A stretch of DNA of 64,000 bases from Marsupella aquatica (taxonomy: Eukaryota > Plantae > Marchantiophyta), in NCBI GenBank assembly GCA_973895155.1, contig OZ316893.1, forward strand, positions 8,991,839 through 9,055,838, given 5' to 3'. Every line of letters starts with the position of its first letter. Within the stretch, counting starts at the first letter, position 1. The notes beneath the pieces are model-generated. The model had not been told where the DNA came from. It saw only the letters and a list, made by a program, of their open reading frames with translations, and ran no database searches. Below are positions 26,939 through 37,421 of this stretch, piece after piece. The translations under genes were made by a program, and so were the position numbers.

Positions 26939-29900
26939 ATGATGAGCTACTGTAGACGCCAACTAGAGAAGCTTTGGCGTCGCGGAAGGGACTCAGGAAT
27001 CGCTGGGGCCTCTGATGAGACCCGCATTGTGCATTGCAATGACCGAGGGCGTCATGAAGAGTACCAATATCCGAAAAACAAAACGTCTACCAGGAAGTAC
27101 ACATGGCTCAATTTTCTGCCATTGTCTTTGTTTCTGCAGTACCGAAGGGCTGCTTATTGGTATTTCACAGCCATAGCTCTATTGACACTGAGCCCATTTT
27201 CTCCGCACTCGTGGACGAGTATAGTGCTCCCGCTAATTTTCGTCCTTGCTCTCGGAATCGGTCGTGAATTTCGGGAAGACCGTCGTCGCTCCCGAGGGGA
27301 TAAGGCTGTCAATTCCACGCCAGTGGAAGCTCTCGTGGGCGGAGAGAGGCTGACGTTGCGGTGGAAGGATTTACAAATCGGTGACTTGGTGCAAGTAGCA
27401 GATGGAGAGTACTTCCCTGCCGATCTGCTCCTGATCTCGTCCAGCGGGCTTGACGGTGTCTGCTATGTGGAGACTAAGAATCTTGACGGGGAGACGAACT
27501 TGAAAGCTCGGCGAGCCCTGGAGAGTACATGGAATGAACAGGACGACGGTGAAACCTCGTTAGGAAGCTTCCGAGCAGATATCATATGTGAAGCACCCAA
27601 TGCATCACTCTATACTTTCACTGGGCACATGGAGATGCAAGATGGGCAGTCGTTTCCAGTTGGACCCGCGCAACTGCTTCTTCGGGACTCCAGCCTTCAG
27701 AATACTGGACACGTCTGGGGAGTGGTCATCTACGCGGGTCCTGATACTAAGGTTATGCAGAATTCAACTCAAGCTCCATCCAAGCGAAGCCGCATCGACA
27801 AGTCACTCGATAAAGTCGTTTACACCATGTTCGTAGTTCTGTTTCTCATGAGTGTGACATCTGGAGTAGTTCTTGGTTATCGAACGAGTCGCGAAGGACC
27901 TGGCATGTGGTATCTCCTGCCCTTCGATAATAACAAGTACTACAATCCCAATACTGCTGTCATTGCCGGTCTGGGAGTATTTGTGAATGGGCTGATCCTG
28001 TATGGCTACCTCGTTCCCATTGGACTTTATGTTACTCTGGAGATCGTGCGGGGTTTCCAAGGAATTTCCATGACGATGGATATGGCGATGTACGAACCCA
28101 GTATCGGAGCAGGAGCGAAGGTGAGGACAACAGGGTTGAATGAAGAGCTAGGTCAAGTGGACACCATTTTGTCTGATAAGACCGGAACTCTGACATGCAA
28201 TCAGATGGACTTTTTCCGTTGCTCTATAGCAGGAGTTTCATACGGGAAGGGAACGACAGAGGTAGAAAGGGCTGCCCGGCGCCTTGGGGTTGTCCTGGGT
28301 GTGGAGACAGATTCGAGTGGTTGGAAACCTGAAGAAGACGGGGATGATGCTGGATGCAACCCTAGACGTGTAAAAGGTTTTAATTTTTCTGACCCTCGAC
28401 TTCTAGGGGGTAAGTGGGCACAGGAAGCAAACCCAGATGTAGTGCAATTATTTTTTCAGATTCTTGCACTTTGCCACACAGCGATTCCGGAGGGAAAAGT
28501 GGACGAACCGTGGTCGATGGAGTATAGAGCTGAATCTCCAGATGAATCAGCTCTTGTTGTTGCTGCTAAGCAGTTTGGCTTCTTTTTCTACAAGAGAACG
28601 CCATCAGCTGTGCATGTCAGGGAATCAGTTGGAAAAGACGAGGAGCACATCGACCGAACTTATGAGCTTTTAAATGTTTTAGAGTTCAGCAGTGCTCGAA
28701 AGCGGATGTCTGTCATCGTCCGCTATCCAGATGGACGAGTAATGTTGCTGTCGAAGGGTGCTGACGCTGTCATGATCCAGCGAGCTGACTCCGAAGATAA
28801 AAGGTTCTTGAAATCAACCTTGGACCAGCTGCAGACGTATGCAGAGGTGGGTTTGCGGACACTTGTTGTGGCCTATCGAGAGCTGCATGAAGACGAGCTG
28901 CAAAGGTGGCAAATAAAGTATGCAAAAGCCGCCAGCGTCATTGGGCCCGAGAGAGAAGAAAGGATTGAGGAAGTCGTGGATGAAATTGAAAGGAATCTTC
29001 GGGTTGTAGGCGGAACTGGAGTGGAGGATAAGCTACAAGATGGGGTTCCTGAAACTATTGACAATCTTTCTCGGGCTGGTATTAACATCTGGGTACTTAC
29101 TGGGGATAAGGTGGAAACTGCAATCAATATTGGTTATGCCAGTAGCCTTCTACGGAAAGGCATGCAGAAGATCATTATCAGTTTAGAAGGTTCTGAGGCT
29201 CTGGAGGTGGAGGAGCGAGCTGAAAAACAGGAGCTTTCCCGCGAGGATGTAAAGAAGGAGTTAACAAGTATTGTGGCCCAACAATTGTCAGACGGCAATA
29301 GAGAAATCGAGAGAATGCGTAATAGACCAAGTCAGGTGCAAAAATCAGGAGAGATTGACAGGAAAAGCGAGAGGAAAAGTGTTTCTTCTGAGAGCTTCTC
29401 TGGTGTTCTGAAGAACGGTAAGCAGAATGTAACGTCCAGTTATAGGCAAGGGTCCGAGCTGCATGAACTGCAAGAGTTCACATCGCGGTCAAGAAATCAC
29501 AGTCAAGAAATTGAAGAATTTCCTTTGAATACCTCAAAAGAGCTGAAATGTCGTCGACCGGACGGCTCGCGCAGCCAGAATTCGCCAGGCAGAAGAAGGC
29601 GTCATTCAGAGCCTGTCGCAGATGAAGAGAGCTCATTCGCATTGGTGATTGATGGGTACTCACTTGCTTTTGTCCTCTCTGACGATAGTTTGCAGGAAGA
29701 GTTTATTCGGGCTTGCAAAGAGTGTACTTCTGTTCTGTGCTGTCGTGTGTCTCCCCGTCAAAAAGGTCAGGTGACAAAACTAGTGAGGAAGGGGATGGGA
29801 GAAAACAAGCTCTGTCTTGCAATCGGGGACGGTGCCAATGACGTGGGCATGATACAAGCAGCAAATGTGGGGGTTGGAGTGATTGGCGTGGAAGGCGCTC

Positions 29901-30766
29901 AAGCCGTCATGGCAGCTGATTATGCCATTGCACAATTCAGATTTTTGGAGCGCCTTCTGCTCGTGCATGGTCATTGGTGCTACCATCGAATATCACTGAT
30001 GATATTGTATTATTACTTTAAGGTTACGCTTACAGGATGGATTGCTTTCTGCGGGAATGAATTGAGTTTCTTCTCTGGCCAACCAATTTATAACGATTGG
30101 TATGCAGCCTTCTACAATACGCTCTTCACTGCGCTACCCGTCGGTGTGGTTGGGATTCTCGACCAAGATGTCTCTGCAGCAGACTGTATAAGGTATCCTC
30201 AGCTGTACACAGCTGGTCACCGAAAGGACCTTTTCAACAGGAAGCGGATAACGCTGTGGATACTTAATTCACTTTACTCGGGACTAATCGTTTTCTTCTT
30301 CACGTTGTGTCTCTACTTGTTGTCTTCGTTCCGGGCAGCTGGAATGACTCCGTCTCTGCCAGAATTTGGTGCCCTTCTCTTCACCTGTAAGGTCCTTGTC
30401 GCCAATGTTCAAATCACTTTGGCCATCAATAACTTCACTTGGGTCCATCATGCCTCTATTTGGGGCAGCATAGTCTCCTGGTACATATTTTTGCTCATTT
30501 ACGGAGACCTGCCACTGTTTGGAGCACAGGGTGGTGGGTACCCAACAAGTCCGCATAAATTACTCACCGAGGCATTGGGGCTCACTCCAAGTTATTGGCT
30601 TCTCCAAATACTGGTGGTCGTGGCAGCTGTGTTGCCATCATTTCTACTCCGCAGTGTCAAGTCGACTTTTTACCCTTCTGATTATCAAATTGTATCGGAA
30701 ATTAGCGCTAGAGAAGCTAGACCACAACCTACTCCACGGGAAGGACAGGGGATTGATAAACCATAA
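26939..30766 (+). CDS. ALA: P4-type ATPase (aminophospholipid flippase, ALA family), single-exon CDS, 1275 aa
   Basis: Motifs CYVETKNLDGETNLK, EELGQVDTILSDKTGTLT (phosphorylated Asp), AESPDE, EFSSARKRMS, KGAD, GLRTL, WVLTGDK, CCRVSP, AIGDGANDVGMIQ, plus N- and C-terminal TM segments. Confidence 0.97.
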   Translation: MMSYCRRQLEKLWRRGRDSGIAGASDETRIVHCNDRGRHEEYQYPKNKTSTRKYTWLNFLPLSLFLQYRRAAYWYFTAIALLTLSPFSPHSWTSIVLPLIFVLALGIGREFREDRRRSRGDKAVNSTPVEALVGGERLTLRWKDLQIGDLVQVADGEYFPADLLLISSSGLDGVCYVETKNLDGETNLKARRALESTWNEQDDGETSLGSFRADIICEAPNASLYTFTGHMEMQDGQSFPVGPAQLLLRDSSLQNTGHVWGVVIYAGPDTKVMQNSTQAPSKRSRIDKSLDKVVYTMFVVLFLMSVTSGVVLGYRTSREGPGMWYLLPFDNNKYYNPNTAVIAGLGVFVNGLILYGYLVPIGLYVTLEIVRGFQGISMTMDMAMYEPSIGAGAKVRTTGLNEELGQVDTILSDKTGTLTCNQMDFFRCSIAGVSYGKGTTEVERAARRLGVVLGVETDSSGWKPEEDGDDAGCNPRRVKGFNFSDPRLLGGKWAQEANPDVVQLFFQILALCHTAIPEGKVDEPWSMEYRAESPDESALVVAAKQFGFFFYKRTPSAVHVRESVGKDEEHIDRTYELLNVLEFSSARKRMSVIVRYPDGRVMLLSKGADAVMIQRADSEDKRFLKSTLDQLQTYAEVGLRTLVVAYRELHEDELQRWQIKYAKAASVIGPEREERIEEVVDEIERNLRVVGGTGVEDKLQDGVPETIDNLSRAGINIWVLTGDKVETAINIGYASSLLRKGMQKIIISLEGSEALEVEERAEKQELSREDVKKELTSIVAQQLSDGNREIERMRNRPSQVQKSGEIDRKSERKSVSSESFSGVLKNGKQNVTSSYRQGSELHELQEFTSRSRNHSQEIEEFPLNTSKELKCRRPDGSRSQNSPGRRRRHSEPVADEESSFALVIDGYSLAFVLSDDSLQEEFIRACKECTSVLCCRVSPRQKGQVTKLVRKGMGENKLCLAIGDGANDVGMIQAANVGVGVIGVEGAQAVMAADYAIAQFRFLERLLLVHGHWCYHRISLMILYYYFKVTLTGWIAFCGNELSFFSGQPIYNDWYAAFYNTLFTALPVGVVGILDQDVSAADCIRYPQLYTAGHRKDLFNRKRITLWILNSLYSGLIVFFFTLCLYLLSSFRAAGMTPSLPEFGALLFTCKVLVANVQITLAINNFTWVHHASIWGSIVSWYIFLLIYGDLPLFGAQGGGYPTSPHKLLTEALGLTPSYWLLQILVVVAAVLPSFLLRSVKSTFYPSDYQIVSEISAREARPQPTPREGQGIDKP

Positions 30767-31300
30767 CTATATAGATGTGGCACTGAATGATTGTCTTGGA
30801 ATCCATTCAATTTGAAGAAGATTCTTGTACTGTACACCTAGTGTCTAGGGTGGATGTTCCTTGTTTTCCGGGTGGCTAGCGAGGAGGACGTCTTGATCGA
30901 AAGAGCCTGCTGTCGAGATAGACGGATCCATGGATGGCGGTGCTGCGATGTGGACCACTTAGGCGACCGGTCATATTTCATGTTCGAAAATACTGTCGAG
31001 AGAGCCGTTCACCAGTACCTTTGACGATAATAATTTGGAGCGGTACACCACATGTACAGCGAATTTGGAAAAAATCTACAAATCTAGGAGTTTGGCCCAA
31101 AGAGTCTGAACGTACAACAATCCTAACCAAATATCATTTTCAGGAATCGACCACAAATGGCCCAAACATTCAAAAATGCTGCAATGGAGTAAGCTGTCGG
31201 AAGAAGTCACAGGACCATGCTGTAATTAAGTGTACACGAGGAATTTTCCAGGTCAAAGAGTCGATAGCGTTGCTAATTCAGCCATCAAAAGACAGGGTTG

Positions 31301-31566
31301 AGCGATGAGGACCAGGGGAACCTAGTTAAGGGTCGTTACTAATCCCTATGAGACCTATTCGTAAAGTCAAGCATTATGTGTTTGAACTTTTTGAAAGGCT
31401 TAAAAATTAAATGAAGGCCAATTGACTCCTACTGCTTCTTGATTGTGAAGACAGGAAAGTTGCATCCCTCGTGTCTGGTTAACGTACTTTACTAATAAGA
31501 TTTACAAACCAGCTAGCCCCAAAAAAAAACACATAAAAGCGTTTACTGTATTCCAATCAATCTCAT
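31301..31566. repeat. Dispersed direct repeat, copy 2 (MITE-free)
   Basis: Matches 21476-22081 minus the MITE. Confidence 0.9.
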
Positions 31567-32242
31567 CATATCTCATTTTGAATAAGTGACACCTTCACTT
31601 TGCGTTTAGGAAGATGGCTCAAACTTGATCTCAACCAATCTCCATCAAAAAGTGTGAATGAAGGAACCAAAAACCAACAAGTTTGAGAGACTCAGAGTGT
31701 ATTGTGGCTCTGAGCTCTCTTGTTTATATAGGTGAGTGAATTGAGTCCAAAAGTCAATCTAAAACCTGGTTGAGTGATTTGGTCTTAGCTGGACTTTTCT
31801 AGTCAAGCCGTCTTATTAAGACCATTTGCCCTCTCAGATTTAGAGGCTGTTGTTTGACTTAGCTTCATGCACTCTCAAATCAAGACTTCTTTTGTCGGCT
31901 CAATTTAGCCCAAGAGTCAATCTAGACCGGAAGGAGTGGTCTGGGTCTGAGTTTGAGTCTTAGCTCAGTCCAGCCGTCTAATTAGACCATGAGCCGTCAT
32001 ACTCTTAGTTTCAAACTCATTGTTGACTTGGCTTTCATGTAGACCCAAAGGTCGGAGTGGTTTGGGTTTGAGTCAATTGCTTCCATTTTTTGGGATCTAC
32101 GTAGAATGGGTTTTAGACAGTACTTACTTTGACTGACAAAAAGAGAGTCCAAATCAATCGAGGCAACATTCCAAAGCAGCTTTGCTGTCGACAACATGTA
32201 TTATATATTTCAATCTCAGTCTGAGTGAGTGAGAATTAATCT

Positions 32243-32427
32243 TCACTTGAGAAGATCCATTAAACTTCTTACACAGACAACTCCCTGACCTGTGTTTTCA
32301 ATTTCAAGTAAGAACTCGAGCACAATATTCATGGATGGACGATGTTCGGGCACCATCCCCGTGCAAAAAAGGCGTAACTGCAAACTTAACATCATTTTCT
32401 GCCTAAGTAATGATGCCATCACGGGCA
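32243..32427 (-). pseudogene. Truncated paralog of the LRR-RLK kinase C-terminus
   Basis: RQKMMLSLQLRLFCTGMVPEHRPSMNIVLEFLLEIE versus RQKMMLTLQLGLFCTGMVPENRPSMNIVLEFLLEIE at 40533-40717; 4-bp insertion near 32405; 3' flanks also align (31568-31641 with 40356-40430; 32165-32242 with 40460-40532). Confidence 0.9.
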
Positions 32428-33651
32428 GCAACGACTGTTGCTGGGGTTAGGAAGTGGTGTGTTGTCCTGGTGAGGCAGGCTGGACCTAGGCAAACAAAGA
32501 GAGTGCAAAACAAAGAGAGTGCAGGAGATAGTGTGGAGTTGTCTTTGTAGCATGCCAAATTTTCAATCAATAGATATGAATAATTTGGTTTTGTGTTCAC
32601 ACGTTTGCATGCTTTGCCGTGAGTGATTGATATTTGTGTTCCAATCTCTCTAGTGTGTCTATATGGTTCACTTGACACTAATACTAGAGAGGGTTGCGCT
32701 TGGTTAGCAAAGTGAGCAAGACGTAAAGTAGTGACAATACTTGAATTCCAAGCACCAGCCTGGATAGTGAAGTGTGTGTAGTTAGCAAGATTTGATCAAA
32801 AGCTCTGGGGTGGAGCAGTTGACAGGACTTTATCAAAAATTATATTTTCTTGGCACTATCAAAACCAAATATTGTCATTCAGATAGTGTGAATGTGATCC
32901 AATTGGAGTCTCTCCACATTTCCGTGATAAATACAGGTGTGTTAAGCGAATAGAAATTGTGTTTGTTGATTAAGTGGCTCAAAAAGCAATTGACAGATTG
33001 CCCAGTTTTTAAGATTTGACAAGTTTTTTGGGCTGCAATGATGGGCAAGAAAGCTCAGCCAAGCTTGCTTGCAAGTTGCTAGCCTGATCAAGAAGAACAA
33101 TTAGGTCTTGGGGAAGAACTATTAATTAGAGAGAGCTAAAATCAGAAAGAACAGTTAGATTTCCGTTAACAGAGTTTAAATTAATTCAATTGAGTCACTC
33201 TAGCAAAGCGATCCGATGGAGCCCCTGCAGGCCAATCTTTTGAATCACAAACCAATCAAGCAACAAGAAAATAGTGAACCTCAATCCAATCACCCTACAA
33301 GAAATGAAGAAGGTGAAGGATTGATATAGTGACCAGTAAGTAAACTTATAAGATAGTTGTGAGTAAACTTGAGGTATATGCTTGATGGGCCCTCTGGTGT
33401 AACATTCTTACTATCTAACCCCACACCCAACCTTGCACGATCGAACAAAAAGGTCAAACGATGCGGTTAAGGGAACCGCGGTACCACAACCTCCGCTACC
33501 CAAACTGCGAAGTGAAAACAATATGGATTATGTCTTTGGATTAAATTTTTTACCGTACTGCGGGGTAATCATAGGCTTACTTTCACTTGGGTTTTCTTGA
33601 CATTTTTTATCTGTGATTATCACTTCTGAGGATATGTGTGTGGTTATGATC

Positions 33652-33995
33652 TGTTGAGCATAGACGACATTCGCAACGGCAAGCCCATGAACCATCCAAC
33701 GCACAATAGTCGACACAGAGAGATATGTGGTTCACCTCCACATGAGGCTACGTCCACGGGAACACACAAGAGCTTTACTGCACTCTAGGCCGACCGGCCA
33801 TACCAAGCATCCACAGCACAAGCTCTCCCTATCTCTCAACTAGCTCCGTAACAATGAGCCTAAGTTCCACCAGGGTCTGGCATCAGCCCTGGCTATATGC
33901 ACAACAGCACTACCGCTAACCTTAGCTAGGTCCTAACCCGAGTTAGCCTAACTGTGGTTAGCACAAGAGTCACAAGACTAGAGCAATATCTAACA
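33652..33995 (-). repeat. 3' LTR of Copia element 1
   Basis: Direct repeat of 39988-40331; adjacent PPT. Confidence 0.97.
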
Positions 33996-34202
33996 AACTC
34001 CCCCTTGACTCTTGTCTTGGGGACTGGACTAAATGCTACCATATGGATTCCTCAGTGGGAAGTTCTAGACAATCACCAAACCAGGTCTCCCCCTAAAAAC
34101 CACAAGGGTTAACTAAGGGTTAACTAGAACTAAGCCGTAGCCTAACAGGAATGAGTAATCCATATACAAATAGTCACACATTGCTAAATAACTCTACTTG
34201 CA

Positions 34203-37200
34203 CTACAATTGCAAAACCTGCAAAGTAGCACGGTGTCTTGAGAAACTCTCCAAAGGAATCACTTTGGTAAAGGCATCAACGGGATTGAGCTTTCCATCAA
34301 TCTTGACTAGCTCAAAAGTTTTATCAGACACTGCTTGCCTGATAAAATGGTACCTGATATCAATGTGCTTCACCCTGCTATCCATCACCTGGTTAGCAGC
34401 CAAGTGAAGAGCACTCTGACTATCACAGTTTAGAGTCATTTTTCCATGCTCTAAACCCATCTCCGCGATCAACTTATCCAACCAAATTGCTTCCTTTGCT
34501 GCTTCTGCTGCTGTAACATACTCTGCTTCTGTAGTAGACTGAGATATGTACTTCTGCAAGGTAGATTTCCAACTGATACACCCTCCTCCAAGAGTGTATA
34601 CAAACCCAGTTGTAGATCTCCTTGTATCCAGACAGCCTCCATAGTCAGAATCTACATAGCCAACTAACGTTCTATTTGATCTGTTATCAAATAGTAATCC
34701 ATAGTCCTGTGTTCCCCTCACATACCTGAGAATCCATTTCACAGCTTCCCAATGTACCTTCCCTGGATTTGACATGAATCTGCTGACCTTGCCCATCGCT
34801 AGGGCCAAGTCAGGTCTAGTACAAGTCATCAAATACATCAGACTGCCTACTGCCTTCTCATAAGGAATCTTAGCCATCAGACCTTTCTCCACAACATCCG
34901 TAGGAGAGAAAGCCAATGATAACTTGAAATGTGAAGCTAAAGGAATACTCACTGGCTTACAGTTCTCCATGTTGAATCGTGCAAGTACTTTCCTCGCATA
35001 CTGGCCTTGACTCAAGCACAACTGTCCAGTCTCAGAGTTCCTAAAAATCTCCATCCCTAAGATCCTCTTGGCCTTACCAAGATCCTTCATCCTGAATTCA
35101 GCGCTCAATTTTGCCTTGAGACTGTCAACCTCAGATTGATCTTTAGCCACAATTAGCATGTCATCCACATAGATCACCAGAATGATGAAACCAAATACAT
35201 CATTCTTGACTGATTTCGTATACACACAAGGATCATACACCATCCTTGTAAAACCTTGAGCAAGCATGAAATCATCAAACCGCTTGTTCCACTGTCTGGG
35301 AGACTGCTTCAATCCATACAAGGATTTGAGCAATCTGCAAACTAAGTTCTCTTGGCCCTTCTTCATAAAGCCTAGTGGCTGTCTCATGAAGATCATCTCT
35401 TCCAAGTTGCCATAGAGAAAAGCAGTAACAACATCCATCTGATTCATCACCAGATTAAAAAACACAACAAGCTGACACAAGATCCGAATTGTGGAATACT
35501 TAGCCACCGGTGAAAAGACCTCATTGTAATCCACTCCTTTCTCCTGAGTGAACCCCTTGGCAACAAGCCTTGCTTTGTAGATCTTATCTCCACCCTCTGA
35601 AGGACTGTCCTTCAACTTGTAAATCCACTTGCTGTCCACCACTTGCTGACCTCTTGGAAGCTCCACCAGCTCCCATGTCTTGTTGTCACTCAAAGATTGC
35701 AACTCCCTCTGCATTGCTGCATTCCACTCATGCTTCTGCTCTGAAGCACAAGCCTCACTATACGAAGAAGGCTCTCCTTCTTCCAAGATCAAAGCCATGT
35801 CATCTTCATCAGGTGCAATGTCAATATCATCTAGTTTAGATGAGTCTGCCCATTGACCATACCTGGTAGGAGCTCTAGTAGAACGATTGGAAGTTCTTCT
35901 AGTAGATGACTGAGGTTGATCTGCTGCTGCTGCTGGCTGAATTTGAGGTACCCCAGCAACAATCTGCTCCTCTTGTTCCATCAAAGGAACCAGCTCCAAG
36001 CCCGGAGCTTCTCCATCTCTCCCGTCATGAACATCATCATGATTAATCTCTCCCTCAACTCGGTCCGGGATGTGAGATTTCCCCTTGTCAGTATGGGAGT
36101 CTTGAGAACTCTCCCCCTCCTTTGATGATCTGGACTCATTAAAGGACACATCTCTACTGACAATTAGCTTACAGGTTACTGGATCCCATAACCTATAACC
36201 CTTCACACCTTTCTGATAGCCAAGGAAAATGCACTTCTTCGACTTGGACTCCAGCTTGGATCGAAGCTGGGAAGGTGTAAGCACATAAGCATCACATCCA
36301 AAAATCCTCAGATGTGAATAGTCTGCTGGACGCCCGTACCTCATTTCAAATGGCGTCTTGAATCCAATAGAACTGGATGGAGAAAAATTTACCAAATAAG
36401 CTGCAGTGTTGACAGCTTCAGCCCAAAACTCATGTGGTAAGCATGATTGACTCAACATACTCCTCGAGCGGTCCAATAGTGTTCGGTTGAGTCTCTCAGA
36501 AATACCATTCTGCTGAGGAGTATAGCTTGTTGTGAGATGGCGGGTAATCCCCTGCTCCTTACAATACGTTCCAAATTCACCGGAACTGTATTCACCGTCG
36601 TTATCCGATCGAAGATATCTCACCTTATTACCAGTCTGATTTTCAACTTGGGCTTTCCACTCCTTAAAAGTGGTAAAAACATCAGACTTATGGTGTAGAA
36701 AGTATATCCACGCATACCTTGAGTAATCGTCAATGAACGTGACATAGTATAACCGTCCAGAATGTGAGGGAGTAGGGGCGGGACCCCACACATCACTATG
36801 TACATACTCAAGTACCTCCTTGCTGGTGTGAGTTCCAACTCCGAAGGGTTTCCTGTGCTGCTTCCCTAGCACACAGTGCTCACAAAATTCCAACTTACAA
36901 GATTGCAAATTAGAAAGTAATCCTTTCTTCTGAAGAATAATCAAACCTTTTTCACTCATGTGGCCCAAACGGAAGTGCCACAGCCGGGCCGTCTCCTCAT
37001 GAGATAAGGTTACATTGGCTTCATCACAGACTACACTGCCCTCCAAAACGTATAGATTGCAATGTCTCTTTCCCTTCAATACAACTTTAGTACCAGTTGA
37101 AACCTGAAGGACACCATTAGCAGAACTCCACTGATGGCCATTTGCCTCTAAAACTCCAAGTGAAATGAGATTTTTCATCATGCTGGGAATATGTCTCACA

Positions 37201-37421
37201 TTCCTCAATGTTCTCACAGCACCATCAAACATCTGAAATCTAACAGATCCAAGTCCAACTACTTGACATGGGATTCCATTTCCCATCAACACTGACCCGT
37301 TGGAAACCGTGTAAGAATTGAAAAAATCTCTCCTATAGCAAATGTGAAAAGTACATGCACTATCTAGAATCCAGTCATCACTACCTGGATTTGACACTAC
37401 ATTGAGAGCATAACCTTGACA
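34203..37421 (-). CDS. pol: Copia pol (protease, integrase, reverse transcriptase, RNase H)
   Basis: WILDSACTFH, LWHFRLGH..CEHC, VHSDVWGP, RSDNDGEY, NGISER, KARLVAKGF, YVDDMLI, GYVDSDY, CDSQSA; no stop across about 1070 codons. Confidence 0.96.
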   Translation of the reverse strand, partial: CQGYALNVVSNPGSDDWILDSACTFHICYRRDFFNSYTVSNGSVLMGNGIPCQVVGLGSVRFQMFDGAVRTLRNVRHIPSMMKNLISLGVLEANGHQWSSANGVLQVSTGTKVVLKGKRHCNLYVLEGSVVCDEANVTLSHEETARLWHFRLGHMSEKGLIILQKKGLLSNLQSCKLEFCEHCVLGKQHRKPFGVGTHTSKEVLEYVHSDVWGPAPTPSHSGRLYYVTFIDDYSRYAWIYFLHHKSDVFTTFKEWKAQVENQTGNKVRYLRSDNDGEYSSGEFGTYCKEQGITRHLTTSYTPQQNGISERLNRTLLDRSRSMLSQSCLPHEFWAEAVNTAAYLVNFSPSSSIGFKTPFEMRYGRPADYSHLRIFGCDAYVLTPSQLRSKLESKSKKCIFLGYQKGVKGYRLWDPVTCKLIVSRDVSFNESRSSKEGESSQDSHTDKGKSHIPDRVEGEINHDDVHDGRDGEAPGLELVPLMEQEEQIVAGVPQIQPAAAADQPQSSTRRTSNRSTRAPTRYGQWADSSKLDDIDIAPDEDDMALILEEGEPSSYSEACASEQKHEWNAAMQRELQSLSDNKTWELVELPRGQQVVDSKWIYKLKDSPSEGGDKIYKARLVAKGFTQEKGVDYNEVFSPVAKYSTIRILCQLVVFFNLVMNQMDVVTAFLYGNLEEMIFMRQPLGFMKKGQENLVCRLLKSLYGLKQSPRQWNKRFDDFMLAQGFTRMVYDPCVYTKSVKNDVFGFIILVIYVDDMLIVAKDQSEVDSLKAKLSAEFRMKDLGKAKRILGMEIFRNSETGQLCLSQGQYARKVLARFNMENCKPVSIPLASHFKLSLAFSPTDVVEKGLMAKIPYEKAVGSLMYLMTCTRPDLALAMGKVSRFMSNPGKVHWEAVKWILRYVRGTQDYGLLFDNRSNRTLVGYVDSDYGGCLDTRRSTTGFVYTLGGGCISWKSTLQKYISQSTTEAEYVTAAEAAKEAIWLDKLIAEMGLEHGKMTLNCDSQSALHLAANQVMDSRVKHIDIRYHFIRQAVSDKTFELVKIDGKLNPVDAFTKVIPLESFSRHRATLQVLQL

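Noticed and set aside
21481-31565. Direct repeats read as the LTRs of an element that retroposed the flippase (TG...CA ends can be drawn)
   Set aside because: Homology extends beyond the TG and CA, there is no PBS after copy 1, and no TSD.
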